Below, piece after piece: positions 43,101-57,661 of a DNA stretch of 64,000 nt. The translations under genes and the position numbers were made by a program. The notes under the pieces are model-generated. The model saw only the letters and a list, made by a program, of their open reading frames with translations. It was not told the origin of the DNA and made no database searches. Origin of the DNA: the human T2T-CHM13v2.0 reference genome, Homo sapiens. The first letter of the stretch is position 1. Every line of letters starts with the position of its first letter. The DNA lies in assembly GCF_009914755.1 (NCBI RefSeq), contig NC_060938.1. The stretch is one strand, 5' to 3'.

Positions 43101-46100
43101 GAATCAGCCTCCATCACAGCTCTCTGTTCCTTTTGGGTGGGGTAGGATCCAATCCCTGTACGCCCCCAGACCCACCCGTCAACCCTCTAACTGGGGAGTC
43201 GCCCCAGGAGTGACCATGACTAAGGAGGGGAAGGCGGGGTGACCAGCTGTGTCCCTGACCGTCCCCAATGCCCCCTGGGGAGCACAGGCGTGGGGGGTGG
43301 TCTGTCTGTCTGGGCCTTCTGGGGCTCAAGCTCCCCACCCAGGGCTCCCGCAGCTCAGCTGTGACCACAGCATTACTGCCCACTCCAGCTGGACACACCA
43401 GGAGGCAGAGAGGCAGAGACCCTGCCCAGGCAGGGAACCAGGAACCCAGGAACCGGGCCAGAGGTCAGGCACACCCAGAAGGCGCTGGACGTAGGAAATT
43501 CCCTTACTGCCAGCCCTGCCCCTCCGTCTGGCACTGGAATGGAGCAGGATACTCGCCCTCTTCCGGCCTCAGTTTCCACATCTGCACTCTGAAGGGTGGG
43601 ACAGCAGCTCAGGCTGGGACCTGCTCCCTGCCGCCCTGCACTGGGAAGGTGGGGTCCCAGAGCAGTGCCTCAGACCCCGAGGGTGCCACCCAGCCAGGGG
43701 CTTTTGGGGTGTCGGTGCTCAGCCCCCAGTGCAGCAAATAGTAGCATTGGGTTCCAGGCCTGGGGTCTGAGACCTCACACTGCTCCCACCCCTACCAGGG
43801 CAGCAGCAATTTTCTGTTCTAAAAGCCAGGTTGGTGCAGTGGGCCCTGCCCAGGCCCTGCCCTCCCATCCCTGGACTGTCATGGGCCCTGCAGCCCGGCA
43901 AAGGGGATGTCGCTAGTGGGGACGGACCAAGTGGCCAGGTGCGACTGTAGCCTCCACAGCCAGGGCTCCTGAGTTAACCTTCAGGTGAGCGCCCACTTTG
44001 TGGAGGAGCTGACGGCTGTCAAGCGAATGACACACACCGCACATGTGGGGACGTGGAAGCTCCTACCTGAAATAGACTCTGCGCCTTCCATCAAAGTGCA
44101 GTTACTTCCTGGGTTGGAAAAGTTATGCGGTTCATGCAGGCTGCGGGAGGGGTGGGTGGTGACTGGAAAGTGATGCGGTGCTGCCTGTGGGTGTGGGGCA
44201 GGACGCAGCTGGCCCAGCTCTGGACGGGGACAGTGAAGTAAGCTCAAGCCCCTGGCTTTTTGCTGGTGCCTGGAGGTCAAATTTCCCTGTAGTCAGGAAT
44301 GAGACCTGACTCCCTGCTGCCAGCCCCTCCCCTACCTCCATCTTGCAAACAGCAGGTGTCTGATAGGTGTGTGGTTCATGGCCCAGTGGACACATTACAT
44401 TGGAGAAGGCACACCCACCTCTGTTTTCAGGATGGTGGACGGGAAGGCCGGGAGGTGGAGGCCACATAGGAGCCAGTCTCTGGAGGGTGGTCCCCAGGGG
44501 CCACAGCAGACCCAGGCCTAGTGGACACCTAAAGTCAAAGACTAAGTTCTACCAACGGTGGGAAGGAGAGAGGGCAGGGGCACGGGCTCCCCGTCGCTGG
44601 AGGGGTGAGCAGGGTCCAACCACCTGGCCCCCTGTTAGAGAGGCTTCCACTCCTGCCAGCCTCACCCTAGGAGGGAGAGTCCTGCCTGGTCTGCCTCTGA
44701 GCACCCAGACAGCCTGGGTCCTGAGCTGGGGTGAGGTCTGCTCACACAGCTGCCCCCCAGCCCAGTGCCGGTATACCCTGGCAACCACCAGGCCAGGAGA
44801 GCAGGGCAGACCGGTGGTGCCTGTCCTCTCCTGAGGGGCCGTCCTCTCTCACAGCCCTTTCTAAGCTGTAATTAAATAAGGAACCACAGGGGTTGCTTAG
44901 GGTCGCCCCTCTGAGGGCTCATGTCAGTCCCCGAGGGCCAGCCTCAGGCCGGGTCTGTCCACTCACCATTCACGCCAGCCTGGGCAGGGTCTGTGTGCTG
45001 GGTGAGTGGGTGAGGAGGAAAGGAATGAGCCAGCCTGCGGGGTCCCTCCGCACGGTCTCCCACCCTCATCCCTCCCAGTGCGACGTGGGTCCTGCAGGAG
45101 CGTTCATTTCACAGGTGAGGCGCGGGACAGTCGGTGCCATTTTACACTCAGTGCCATCCATTCTGCCAGGAGGTGCTGATAAAGCCCCTACTGTGTGCAT
45201 CTGCCCTTGTGCCCAGAGCCTGGAGCCCAGCCCCGCTCAGCACGGTGCCAGGCAGGTGCAGGGCACTTACTGGGGGTCAGGGTGCAAATGGGCTGGCCCC
45301 ACAGAGTAGCTGGAGGCCGAGGCCCCCCAGCCCTTGTTGCTACCACTGGGGTAGGCTCAGGGTGCTGGCACTGCCACTCTGGGAATAGGACAGGCCTGTC
45401 CTGGTCAAGTAGCCATTACCGGGCCTCCAAACTCGGGGGTTGGTGGGGCAGGAATAGGCCCGCCCTCCAGGCAACCACCTGTGTCACTCCAGAGCAGCCC
45501 ATGCAGACAGACAACTGCCCAAGGGCCAGCCTGGACCCCGGAGCCCTCCCAGCCAGTCGGCCTGGGTCACAGCCTGGGTGGAATGACCAGTGTGGTCACA
45601 GCCCAGATGGGATGACTAGCGTGAAGGCCCTGAGGACCTTGCCACGCCAATGGCCAAGGGCAAGGGCCAAGGCTGCTTTCCTCTTTCGCCTGCAGCTTTT
45701 CCCAGAGGCAGCAGGGAGGGAGAGAGAGGTACCAGGAGAGTCCTGAGAGAAGGGCCAGCCTGGGCTGCCCCGAGCCTCTGTGCCCTCAGTTCACTCCTGT
45801 TCTCACCCCAGAAGGGTGACTGGCCGTGGCTGGGGCACCCTCCATCTCCCTCAGCCCCAACCTCTGTCTGTTGGAAATGGCATGGAGACCCAGAAGGAGC
45901 AGATGGGCACCACTGGAGGCCTGGCCAGGCTCCTGGCCGCCGATCAAGGCCTTTGCAGGGTCAGAGGGACATGGGAAGATGCTGCCAAGGCCCCTGGCCC
46001 TGGTGCCCTGGGCAGGGACCCTGTGCTCCCGTGCTGTGACAGCGTTATACCACCCCACCTGCTTCCTGTGACCTGGACACAGTCTGAGCACCCCAAGGTC

Positions 46101-49100
46101 CAAAGTGGGAGAGGTGGGGTGGGGGAGAGGGAGTGGGGTGGATTGGAGGGCTGTCCTACTGTTACAGGGCTCTGCCCCGGGCCCACCTCACAGTGAAGGC
46201 AGAGGCCCCCAGGCAGCCCTTGGTGGGCCAGAACTCAACCAGGAGCCACACTGGGGGCGGAGGGCAGGCTGTCTGCTTCCCATTTTGCAGACGAGGGCTA
46301 GTGTCAAAGCCTAGCTTTGAGGCTAACCCAGGGCACAGTTGAGGAGGGAGGGAGAGGGAAGCAGTGGCCGCTGAGCACACCAGCCCCGGGTAGTGGCTTT
46401 TCTGTATCATCTCCAAGCCCCCATTCAGCTGCTGTGGGCAGAGGCCAGCCCCAGCCCCTCGCTCTGCCCAGCGAGTGGCCAGCTGCCCAACACGCATGGA
46501 GTCCCAGTGGGCATGGCCAGTGGTGCAGGGGTTTGTTCGTGCCTGAGCTGTCCTGGCCCTCGCCGGGTCGGGGGTGGACGTGGCCAGCTGTGCGAGGAGG
46601 GCCAGCATCCCACTGGCCTCCATCTCCCCATCTGTACCTGGGTCCTTGCAGGCCCTGGGACATGGCCTCGGTGTACAGCCTGCCTGCCCCACCCTCTGTG
46701 CCCCCGGGTCCCTGTTCCTGCTCCAGGCACAGCTCAGACTGTCGCCTGCACCCAGCCTACGCTGGGAGGAGGACACAGGGTGGGGGTGAGGGAGTAGCCA
46801 CCTGTCCCCACCTGCCTCTGCTTCCACCTTGTGCACAGACATGAGTGGCCTGAGAACGGGAGCCCCTTGGGGACACCCAGGGCCCCTGCCTATGCTTCCA
46901 TGTGCAGAGGGCCCCCCCGGCTGCCCCTTCCCTGGGCCAGGCCAGGCTGTGGAGGTGCAGGCCCAACAGTGAGGGGCTGCCTGCAGGAGCTGGCAGAGCC
47001 ATGGGCCGGACCCAGGAGGGGCCACACGGGCGGTGCTGGCACAGCCAACCCAGGTCAGAGCTACGGGGCCCTGGAGAACATCCTGGCCATTTTACAGATG
47101 AGAAAACTGAGTCCAGAATGGGCCTGGCTGTCCCAGGCCCCTGGCACCCTCGTGTCCCAGCAAGCATTGCCAAGCGGCATGTTGCACCCACGCTGAGGAT
47201 CTTGTTTGCCCAGTTGGGCCTGACGGGCTCCCTGGCACTGGCTGCCTGGAGCAGAGGTCAAGAGACGCTGAGCAGGGGCTGGGAAGATTCATGCAACGTC
47301 CTAGCTCTGTCCCAGCCGCCAAACAGGAGGTGGGCTGAGTGGGAAGGCGGGCGGTCAGTGCGTGGTTATGCACTGGCATTACAGGTGGCATCTCGTCAAT
47401 CTGTCAGTAAGCTGTGGGGGTGGCATTGACACACTCATCCGCATTTGAGGACAGGAACCAGGAGATCCTATGGGTCACAGGCCGGTCAGCGGAAGAGCCC
47501 AGTCTCACCCTGAATCAGAGCCGTCCCCCACCCTGGGCCCTGGTAGCAGCCCCTGGCCGTGCTGGGTGCGCAGGCTCAGCCTCTCCCCCACTCTCAATCT
47601 GTCTTTGTTCTCCCTGCTCCTGGGAAGGCAGCTGCTAGCGGGGATGTAGGCTGGGGGCAGGGACCATGGAGCCTGGCTCGTGGGCAGGCAGCGGGCAGCC
47701 GTCTTGTCTTGGCACAGGCAGGGTGGGGGCTGGACACCCTGGGGCCCAGCTAGGCACACAGCAATCAGGACCTGAACCCTGAAGCCGGGGCCTGGCTCCA
47801 ATGAGCTGCTGCCCTTCCCCCTCCCAGGTTGAGAGAGGCTTTTTCTGAGGACAGAGGAGGGACCTGGGGCCTCGGAGGAGGCATCTCTGAGTATGTCTGG
47901 TCCGGGGGGAGGAAACCCAGGTGGGAGGATTCTGGTGACGAGCTCCTGGCCACCTGCCCTCATTGCCCAGCAGACCCCCTGCAGGGTACGTCTGGGGCCT
48001 GCGATAGGCCAGCCCTGGGCTCATGCCACCTGCAGGGCCTGATCAGGCCCTGTGCCCTTCCCAGTCCCTAACCACAGATCTGTACACGTCACTCCCAGCC
48101 ACAGCCATGGTAGGTGCTGGCAGGCCCTCAGGCCCAGGAAGTACTTCCATGTAGCCGCTCGTCCCCCCATGCCTCTCCCTGGGCCCCCAGACTCCAGCCC
48201 AGACCCCTGAGAACGCCAGAGGTGACCAGGCCCTCAGGGAGCACCCCGTTGGCCCTGCTGTTTGTGCAGTGGAGACACTGTGGCCTGTAGAAGGCCCATT
48301 CGGTGACTGGCGAGCCGCCCACCCACCCAGGCCCTGCACACCCTCAGTGCAGGTGGAAGCGAGAGCTGGGCTTCCTGGCGTGGGGCCTCCGCCCTTCCTG
48401 TCCTCCCTTGCCTGGGCTGCGCTTGCCGACTCTCCTCCCAGTGACCCCTCCTCCCAGTGAGCCGGGGCATTTCCTGTTTGCTGCATCCCCCTACCCCCCC
48501 TACAGAGTCACCCTCCTCCCTGTGGCTTCCACAGGGCTCTGTTCCTAACCCAGGAAGATGTACCTTCCCCAGGCCCATTGTCTGCCCCAGATCCTGGGGA
48601 CACAGAGAGCCCAGCTGTAGCCTGGCTCCCGGGCCAGTGGTGTCCCCTGGCGTTCAGTGCTGGCCAGCCCGGACCCCCCAGCCACCTCCACCGACACTTG
48701 CCAGAGTGCCATGAAGGACCCCTGGCCCCCAGCTCTGCTCTCTGGGTGACCCAAGCAGGGGCTACCACCGCTCTGAGCCCAGCTTCCCTCTGTGAGATGT
48801 TGCTGTCTTTTGATCATTTTGCTTGCTTTCTTCCTCAGTATGAAACGACCATATTCATCCGAGATGCAGCTTCAGTTAGTGATTGGGCAGGTGTCCCGGT
48901 GGTATCGCACCCACCATGTGATTGAAATCCGTCACCATGCGGCCTGCTTCCCATCTTTGTCTTCTGATCATGATGCTGCTGAGAGCGCCTTTCTGCCCAC
49001 CTGCTCCCAGGGGGCCCTTCTGTCCTGCTGTGGGTCCTCACAGTGGCCCGGGGGCCCTCTTTGCACAACAAGCGGAGTTCAAGATCTTGGAGGGCTTTGG

Positions 49101-52100
49101 AGGCAGGAGCCTTGCACTCCATCCAGATCTTGGGGACTGCAGGTGGCATGAGGGCTGGAGTGCTTCTTGGGTGTGAGACGGGCCAGGTGACAGTGAGGAC
49201 ACAGCCAGCCCTCACCAAGGCCCAGTGCGCCCCATGCCCCTGGACACGTGGCAGTGGGTGGACCCCCATCCTCACCTGCCTTGAGGCCCCCTGTGCACAG
49301 ACCCTCCCTGGGCCTTGCCGGCAGTTGGTGAGCCACCAGGTCAGTAGAGGTCCCTCAAGGGGCTGTTGGCCTGGTGGGGAAGGTGACACATGCTGGAGGC
49401 TCAAAGGAGCTGGGAGTCTGAGTGTGAGGGAGGGGAATGGGGGTCATGGTAGGGCAGGTTCAGCTCCAGGTGCCTCCACCGCCCTGCAGGGCCTGGGCTG
49501 CCCAGAACCCCGGGGTGCTGCCAGGAACGCGTGCAGTCCTGGAGATCCATGGGTTGCCAAGCAGTGGAAAAATTGGGGCTCTCGGAGGAGCTAAAAATAC
49601 AGTGTGGCAGCCCCTGCCTCCTAGTTCCGGAATCCTCTCCTGCCGTTCTGCCCACCCACCCCGTGGAAGACAAGCTCCCTCCCTGCACCCCCACCACCAA
49701 CGCTGGCTCAGGGCCCAGAAGCACCCAGCCCTGTGCCAGTGCCAGAAGGGCGACACCACAGCTGCCTGCCCACTCCCAGGCAGCAGCCCCCCACAGGTGC
49801 TCATGTGCCCAGCCAGTGCCTGCCCTACCCCCGCCACTGCTTCAGGGTCCCCAGAGCCCCTTGGTCCCAGGCACAGTAGGCAGTACCTGCCACCCCAGGG
49901 CTGCCAGGCTCAGGGCTTGGCCTGTTCCTCGTGGGGAGCCTGGACCCAGGCAGACCTCTCCCTTCCCTACCAGTGGGGACTTCACAGGGGAGGGGGCTGT
50001 CCCAGGCAGACTCAGAACATGTCACAGCGGGGGCCTCCAGGCCCATTGGTGCTGGCCGAGGGCATAGGAGCTCCCACACTGTGCTGTGGAAGGCCCTCCT
50101 CGCCTGGCTCCTGGGAGGCAAGTGAGGGAGCCGAGGCCTGGGGGCTTCAGTGGCTGGCTCAGGTCCCTCGCGTGCTGGGATTCAAGTCTGGGTACCCTAA
50201 CCCTGGCCTGTGTGCCGCTCAGAACCATGGGCCCATGCAGGAGCCCCCAGCTACTCTCCACAGCTCGGTGCTGGGCCTGCCTCAGGAGCCCACACTCCCT
50301 GGCTCTGGTTTTCTGTCTGCACCGCAGGGGCTAGGCACATGGCTGCAGGTCTAGTGAAGGCCAGCATGGCCCTGTCCCCACCCACACCACACACTCAGCT
50401 TGACTGTTGACTGCTAGGCGGGGCGGTGGCCCGGTGGCTTCCCGAGAGTCAGTGCAGCTGCCCTAGCATGTAGGCATTCGGATGGAGGTGCTGGCATCAC
50501 CACACCAGGCTGGCCAGGCCCAGGCCCAGAGGGGGACCCTGCCTGCCAGAGCTAGAGTCAGGGGAGAGGCATGGCCCCGTCCTCTGGAAGCCCCAGGCTA
50601 TTGGTTGACAAAAGCAAGTGCTGAAGAACCATGGTGATGTCCCACTAGCATGGGTGGGGTGAGCCCCTCAGACCTCAGAGTCTTCATCTGCAAAAGACCC
50701 TGCCCTGTGCAGTTCCATTGGTGCTGGTGGACTGCCGGGGGGGGTGGATGGGACGCCCCTTCTTGGTGCCCTGACCCTTTTGCTGTCCAAGGCATGGGGT
50801 CTGGCCTGAGCCATGGGTACTGGGCCCTGCAGAGCCTGGATGGTCCTGCCCTGCCTCAGCCAGAGCTGGTGCCGGCTGTAGAAAAGATTGCGAAGAACGC
50901 AAATTCCTGTGCCTGTGGGGAGGTGGCCACGCCCTACAGCCGGGGCTGGGGAGCTCTGAGGACACATTCCTGCGCTGGTGGCCCCGCCAACCCACTTTCC
51001 AGATGGAGAGCAGAGGGGAAGGGTAGCCTGCCCAGGGGCACACAGCTCAGCAATGAGACTCCCGCCCCCTTCCCTTCTCAGTTGGCACTGGCACCTTCCA
51101 GCGTATTGTTCCCCATAGCCCCGTGCCCCTGAGATCAGTAAACTGTGGATTCCTTCTGGAATCCTTGCAGAAGTGGACACCACCCCCCAGTGAGAACAGG
51201 CAAGGCTGTTTTTGCAGAGCTCGCTGTAGCAGGGAGTCGGCCACCGCCACCCGCGTTTAGCAGAGACTCACAGGCGGGCGGGGGAGTGGGAAGCCTCATG
51301 GTTTTCTCATATGGATAATTCACTCTATACATAGAAAGCTTTTTATAGACACAGGGAAGGCTCGGGGATGCCCTGAGAGAGGCTGCTGGCTGGAATTTGG
51401 GCTCCTATGAGATGAGACAAAAATCACAGAAGCTGTCAGTTATTACCCAGGTCCCAGCCATTTGGGGCCAGTGGCCAGATTGCGGGTCAGAGTGCTGCAT
51501 ATATGGTCTGGCCGTGGTGTGTTTGCAGGTTCAGCCTCATGCTGAAAAGCAGTTGGAACATTCTCCGGTGTAGAGCCTGACGGGGGGCCTGGGTGAGATC
51601 GGGCAGCCTTGGCAGCACCACAGAAGGAGGAGAGCAGCTCCGGCCTCAGCCTCCGGGGCCTCAGCCGGAGCCCTGTCTATGCCGGGCCGCAGCCCAGCGA
51701 GACCCTGTTACACTCACTGCCCCCAGACAGCACCCGGTGGGACACGGCCAGCTGGGGCAGCTCAGACACAGAGCCAGGCACCCAGGCACGGGGGTATAGG
51801 AACCTGATGGGCAGGAGGGCCAGTTTCCTCCCACCGTGGCTCCACCCCACTGACCAAGGGGGATCCTCTTGACTGGGGTCTTTCAGGGGCTTGCACAGGG
51901 CAAGGAGCGCTGGGCAGTGCCAAGAGGGGCAGTACTCAGGTCAGGGAGCATCTTCTGTGTCCAGGGACACCCTGGGGCCTGGGGCACGGTGGCTCTCGGC
52001 GGCACTGCTTGTCTCTAAAAGGTCAGGATTTTTTGCATGGAGGGACCCCCGGGGCTCTTGGCTGGAGAGGACACTCTGGATGCCAGGGGCCGGGCCTGGG

Positions 52101-52360
52101 AGAGTTCATAACTCCGTCCACTCAGCCTGTGCCAAGGGGACAGGGACTCCGGCCAATGGAGGCGGGGGAGGAAAGGAGGGTCAGTTCTGGGGCCTCTTTA
52201 GGCAGCAACAGCCAAGGCGGGTGGGAATATATGCAGAGGCCCGGCTGCCTGGCTCTTCATGGTGGTGGGAGCAACCCTACTGCCACCAGGAGGGGCGTTG
52301 GGGACCTGAGGCTGCCTGGGAGGGACCCGGCTGTCTCTGGCAGCTCAGCGGTCAGCAGCG

Positions 52361-52447
52361 ATGAGAAGCCAGGGGAGCGTGAGGAGCAGCCCAGGACAGG
52401 GCCCAGAGTGGGTGGGCAGAGGTGGCCGGAAGGTCTTGCGCATCTGG
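52361..52447 (+). CDS. INF2: Candidate alternative INF2 5' coding exon (29 codons)
   Basis: ATG at 52361, 87 nt open, donor TGG|GTGAGT in phase 0; joins exon 2 (CTC GGC AAG ATG) in frame. Confidence 0.55.
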
Positions 52448-54181
52448 GTGAGTGGACGGCCACTGGGTGACCAAGAGGGCCGGGCCTGGGAGGGTGGCTT
52501 AAAACCACAGTGCACCGGGGGCTCCGGGCTCTCCGTTCTACAGTGCCCAGACCAGGACCCCCTGCAGGGAGGAGGGGCATCCCAAGGACAGCCTCTCAGG
52601 ATGCTCCTGGCAGCCTGGTGCTGGAGGTGCAGAAGAAGAAACTGAGGCCCAGGCAGGATGAGTGACTGGGCCAAGGTCTGCTGGTGAGGGCCCGGGCTGG
52701 GGACATGCAGATCAGAACCCTGGCTTACACCTGTCAGGCTGCCTCCTGGAAGGAGCCCACTGGCCCCCTGGGGCAGTTGGACAGGTGGAGGGCTGAGGGG
52801 CGGTGCGGGGAGTAGGGGCTGGACTGCCGGAAACACCAGGCTTGGTCGTGGACCAGGCTGGGGAGTGGGCCTGAGACCTCAAGGGCAGGTGCTCCAGGAC
52901 ACTCTCCCAAGGCAGGAGGGGAGGAATAGAGCCTCCTGGGGAGGCAGGCGCTTGGGTGCTCGACCCCGCTCAGCTCCCGTGACCTCAAATGCCCTTCAGC
53001 CTGGGGTCCCCTGACTTACCGGGTTGGGCAGCACTTGAAGCAAAGCCATGTGGGACCTCCAGTCACAGCCCAGCCGTGCCCAGGTGTGGGACTGTGGGCA
53101 CAGACCCAGCTTCTCTAGGACCCAGCCGCCTCCAGTTCCCCACCTGTTGTGGGAGGTATAAAGTGCCTGCCTTGGAGGTGGTGGGAAGCCGAGGGCCAGG
53201 GTGGAGAGTGCTGGGCCGGGGTGGAGGCTCAGAGCGTGTCCCTGCCAGGCCCGGCCCCCTAGCTCCCTCCCCGAGGCTCCACGCTGCTGTTCTCAGACGC
53301 TAAATATAAGATCTAAGCCATACATGGTTGCAGGAGGGCCTGGGATGCCCCTGACCTTCGAGGCCAGTTCCCAGGGTCTGTGGTTGGGGACAGCGGCTGG
53401 GGGGATGTGGTGGCGTGGAGCTGATGTCAGAGGTGCAACCCGCCTGTCCTGCTGTTCTGTTTTGGGGAAAGGCACGTGTTGGGGCTCTTCTGGGCTGGGC
53501 CTGTTACCTACCCGGGTGTTCCCAGGGCTGGAGTCAGACCTGTTGCGACTGAATCCTGGTAAAACCCTGAGTGCCAAGGGTTTCCGTCTTCCTGTTGGTG
53601 TGGGCCCCCTACCCACATGCAGACGGGCAGACTGAGGCCCAGGGGAGACCTGGGAGTCGCCCCTCCTCCCCAGCCACGCTGCTGACGCTGTGGGCACCCC
53701 AGGCATGCCTGAGGTTTGGAATCTCCCTGTCCATATTGTCCACTGGGGCGGGGGAAGTGCCCTGGGGTGAGATAAGGCAGCCTCAGATGCGCCGTTTTGT
53801 CGCATCATTACCGTGGGTAATGTTCCAGCCAGGGGAGCCTCCCGCTCCCCCGAGTCCTCCCCAAGCTCATCCGGTCCCGTCACTCTGCAGGGGCCGTGCT
53901 GGCCTCGTGCTGCAGGTTTCTGAGCCGGCTCCTCCCCTCCCAGCCCTGAGCCTCGGGGTCCTCATGCGCGCAGTAGGGCCCTTCCTGCCTGCCGCCTCGG
54001 TTGCTGAAATTCGGTCAGGGATGGGTACAGGGAAGCCTAAGATATAGTGGGGGACACAGTGCTACCCCTAACCCTCAGCATGGCACGTGAGCAGGAATTG
54101 CAGCAGAGAAACTGAGACCGAGGGAAGTGGCCCCGCCTGCGCTGGTGGCCAGGAGGACAGCCCCCATCCCCTCCCCGCTGA

Positions 54182-54655
<474 letters not shown>

Positions 54656-55886
54656 TGAGGCTTCAGGCCCAAAAGGCCCCGGGAGGCCTGGGGAACCACC
54701 AGGAGGAAGCGCAGCCAGGCAGGCAAGGAGGGCTTCCTGGAGGAGGACTGGCTTCCTGGGCTCAGGAAAAACATCCACATTCACTCCGAGTCTGAGGCTT
54801 CCAGGTCACCCCAGTCCCCGCACTGCTGCACCAGCGGTCCCCCTGTGCCCCTCTCTGTTGTGTGGCTCTGCCCCACCCTTCCTCCCCGTCCTGTGCTGGC
54901 TCCCACCCTCTGGGCTCTCTGCCCTCGTCCACACCTCGGCGGCAGGAGTCACTGAGTCAGAGATGCGAATCCACCCGAGTGGCTCCCTACATACACCTGC
55001 CTAGCTCCAAGCCCTTCAGCCTCAGCCCAGACAGAGCCCTTGAGGTCTGGCCCACACCTACTGATGGTGTCACCCTCCACCTCCCAGCGCCTTCCCTAGC
55101 GCCTCCCTCCCCGCCCTGTCCCCTACTCCAGCACCCAGGGGACTCGTTCCCGGCAGGCAGGCAGGCCCTTGGTCTCTGCCTCTGCTCGTGTTTTCTGCCT
55201 TTGCGTCCTCCAAGGTCCTGCGCCGCTAAGCCTTTAAGCCCCAGCTCACTTTCCTGTCCTCCAGGAAGTCTCCCCAGGCTGTGCCCAAAGTTAGTCCCGG
55301 TCCCTTGAGAGAAACCCTTGCTGTGCCACTCCATGGCTGCTGCCAGGTCCTACCGATGCTTGGGGACGAGCTAGGGTGGGCAGTGATGGGCGGGGCTGGG
55401 CCCATGGGGGCGGCAGTTACCTGTGCAGGCAAGCAAGCCAGAGGCGCCTCGTTTCTGTCGGACCCAGGGGACAGAGGCAGGTGTAGGGGCCAGCCATTCT
55501 CAGCCCGTCTCCCCAGCCTGGGCCTGGCAGGGCCCCTCTATGGAGTCTTTTGTGAATTGTTCTCAGCAGGGTCAGATGAGAGACACCCCCAGAACTTTCA
55601 CAGCTCCAGATGGGGTGGGAGGCAGGGGTTCATAGGAATGAGGTTGTGTCTGCCATAAACACAGTAAGTGCTGCATTGGGAGAAAAGCTGGGCCCAGAGC
55701 CAGTGACAGGATGGGGCAGCTGCCTCCAAGCCCTTCCCTGCAGGGTCTGGCCCTGTGGTCCAGGAGCAGGGCCAGGACACCGAGGAGTGGGGCACCTCGT
55801 TGGGTCCCAGCCCACTGCTGTGGGCCACAGACAAGTGCCCGGCACCCCCTGGCGTCTGCCTGCCAGGCCCAGAGCCCCAGCCCTGA

Positions 55887-56518
<632 letters not shown>

Positions 56519-56764
56519 TGAGACTGGCCAGGCAGTGGAGCCGGACAGGGGGCCTGAGACCTCGTTCTAGCCCTGCCAGTTCTGGCAGTGAGCCCTGAGT
56601 AAGCATCACTGTGTGTCCAGCATGATGTCTCCCCTCCAGAGCCTCAGGTCTCTGGTGTCCCATGAGTGCAGCAGGGCAGGGTCAGGTGCTCTGGGTGGCA
56701 GAAGTGAAATGGGGAAGGCGGGGAGTGGCCTCCGAACCCTCTGACCCTGTCCGTCCCTTCCCAG

Positions 56765-56798
56765 GGCTGCAGCTGCTGGACGTCCTGGCTCGCCTGCG
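56765..56798 (+). CDS. INF2: INF2 exon 5
   Basis: GLQLLDVLARLR; 34 nt; CCAG| and |GTGAGT. Confidence 0.95.
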
Positions 56799-57015
56799 GT
56801 GAGTCCCCACTGTAGCGGTCCTGCCGGCTCCCCCTCCTGCTCCCAAGGCCAGGCCCACCTGCCCTTTGGCTCCCAGCCACCTCACCTAAGCAGCACCTCC
56901 AGATGGCAGGGAGGTGGCTCCCTCGGAGTAACCCCAGGGGTCCAGCCAGAAGCCAGGTCTCAGGCTAGAATCCAGCTCACTGTCCCTGGCAGCTGCCCAC
57001 AGAAACTAGGGTTGC

Positions 57016-57653
57016 AGCAGCCATAGAAAGGACAGAATGAGCTCATATCCTTTGCACACCGTGGATGGAGCTGGAGGCCGTGATCCTAAGTGAACCAACC
57101 CAGAAACAGAAAATGAAATGCCAATAAGAGGGAACTACAGGGTGGTTCACGTGGACGCAAGATGGAGACAGGGACACGGGCTCCAGGGCGAGAGTTGAAA
57201 AACTACCTACAGGGTACAGTGTTCGTCGCTACTTGGTGTCAGGCCCACTAGAACAAGGGTCCCCAACCGCCAGGCTGCGGACCGGTACCTGGCCTATTGG
57301 AACCGGGCCACGCAGCAGGAAGTGAGCGGTGGGCGGGCATTCCTGCCTGAGCTGCACCTCATGTCAGATCAGCACTGCATTAGATTCTCCAGCGCACGCA
57401 CGCGCGCAAGGGATCCAGGCTGCGCGCTCCTCATGACAATCTAATGCCTGATGATCGGGGGTGGAACAGTTTTATCCCTAAACCATTCCCGTCACCCCAG
57501 TCTATGGAAAAATTGTCTTCCACAAAACCAGTCCCTGGTGCCAAAAAGGCTGGGGACCACTGCCCTAGAAGGCAAATCGCCTACGTTACACAGTGTACCA
57601 TGTGGCAAACACGCACATGTACCCCCGAGTCTAAAATAAAAATTTTTTAAAAA
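57016..57653 (+). mobile_element. L1 3'-end fragment with nested MER1-type hAT element (57254-57562)
   Basis: 15-bp TSD AGAAACTAGGGTTGC (57001, 57654); AATAAA plus A-rich tail; MER1 TIRs CAAGGGTCCCCAACC...GGCTGGGGACCACTG with 8-bp TSD C(A/C)CTAGAA. Confidence 0.85.
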
Positions 57654-57661
57654 AGAAACTA

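Noticed and set aside
40468-50354. Long GC-rich ORFs (328, 287 and 305 aa, among others)
   Set aside because: No recognisable domains, low-complexity G/P/A/R composition, and many start at non-ATG codons. Expected from stop-codon scarcity at high GC.
51529-51592. Possible cassette exon (TTTGCAG|...TGG|GTGAGA) as a coding extension
   Set aside because: Its ATG hits TGA within the exon, so at most it is a UTR/uORF exon, and nothing else supports it.
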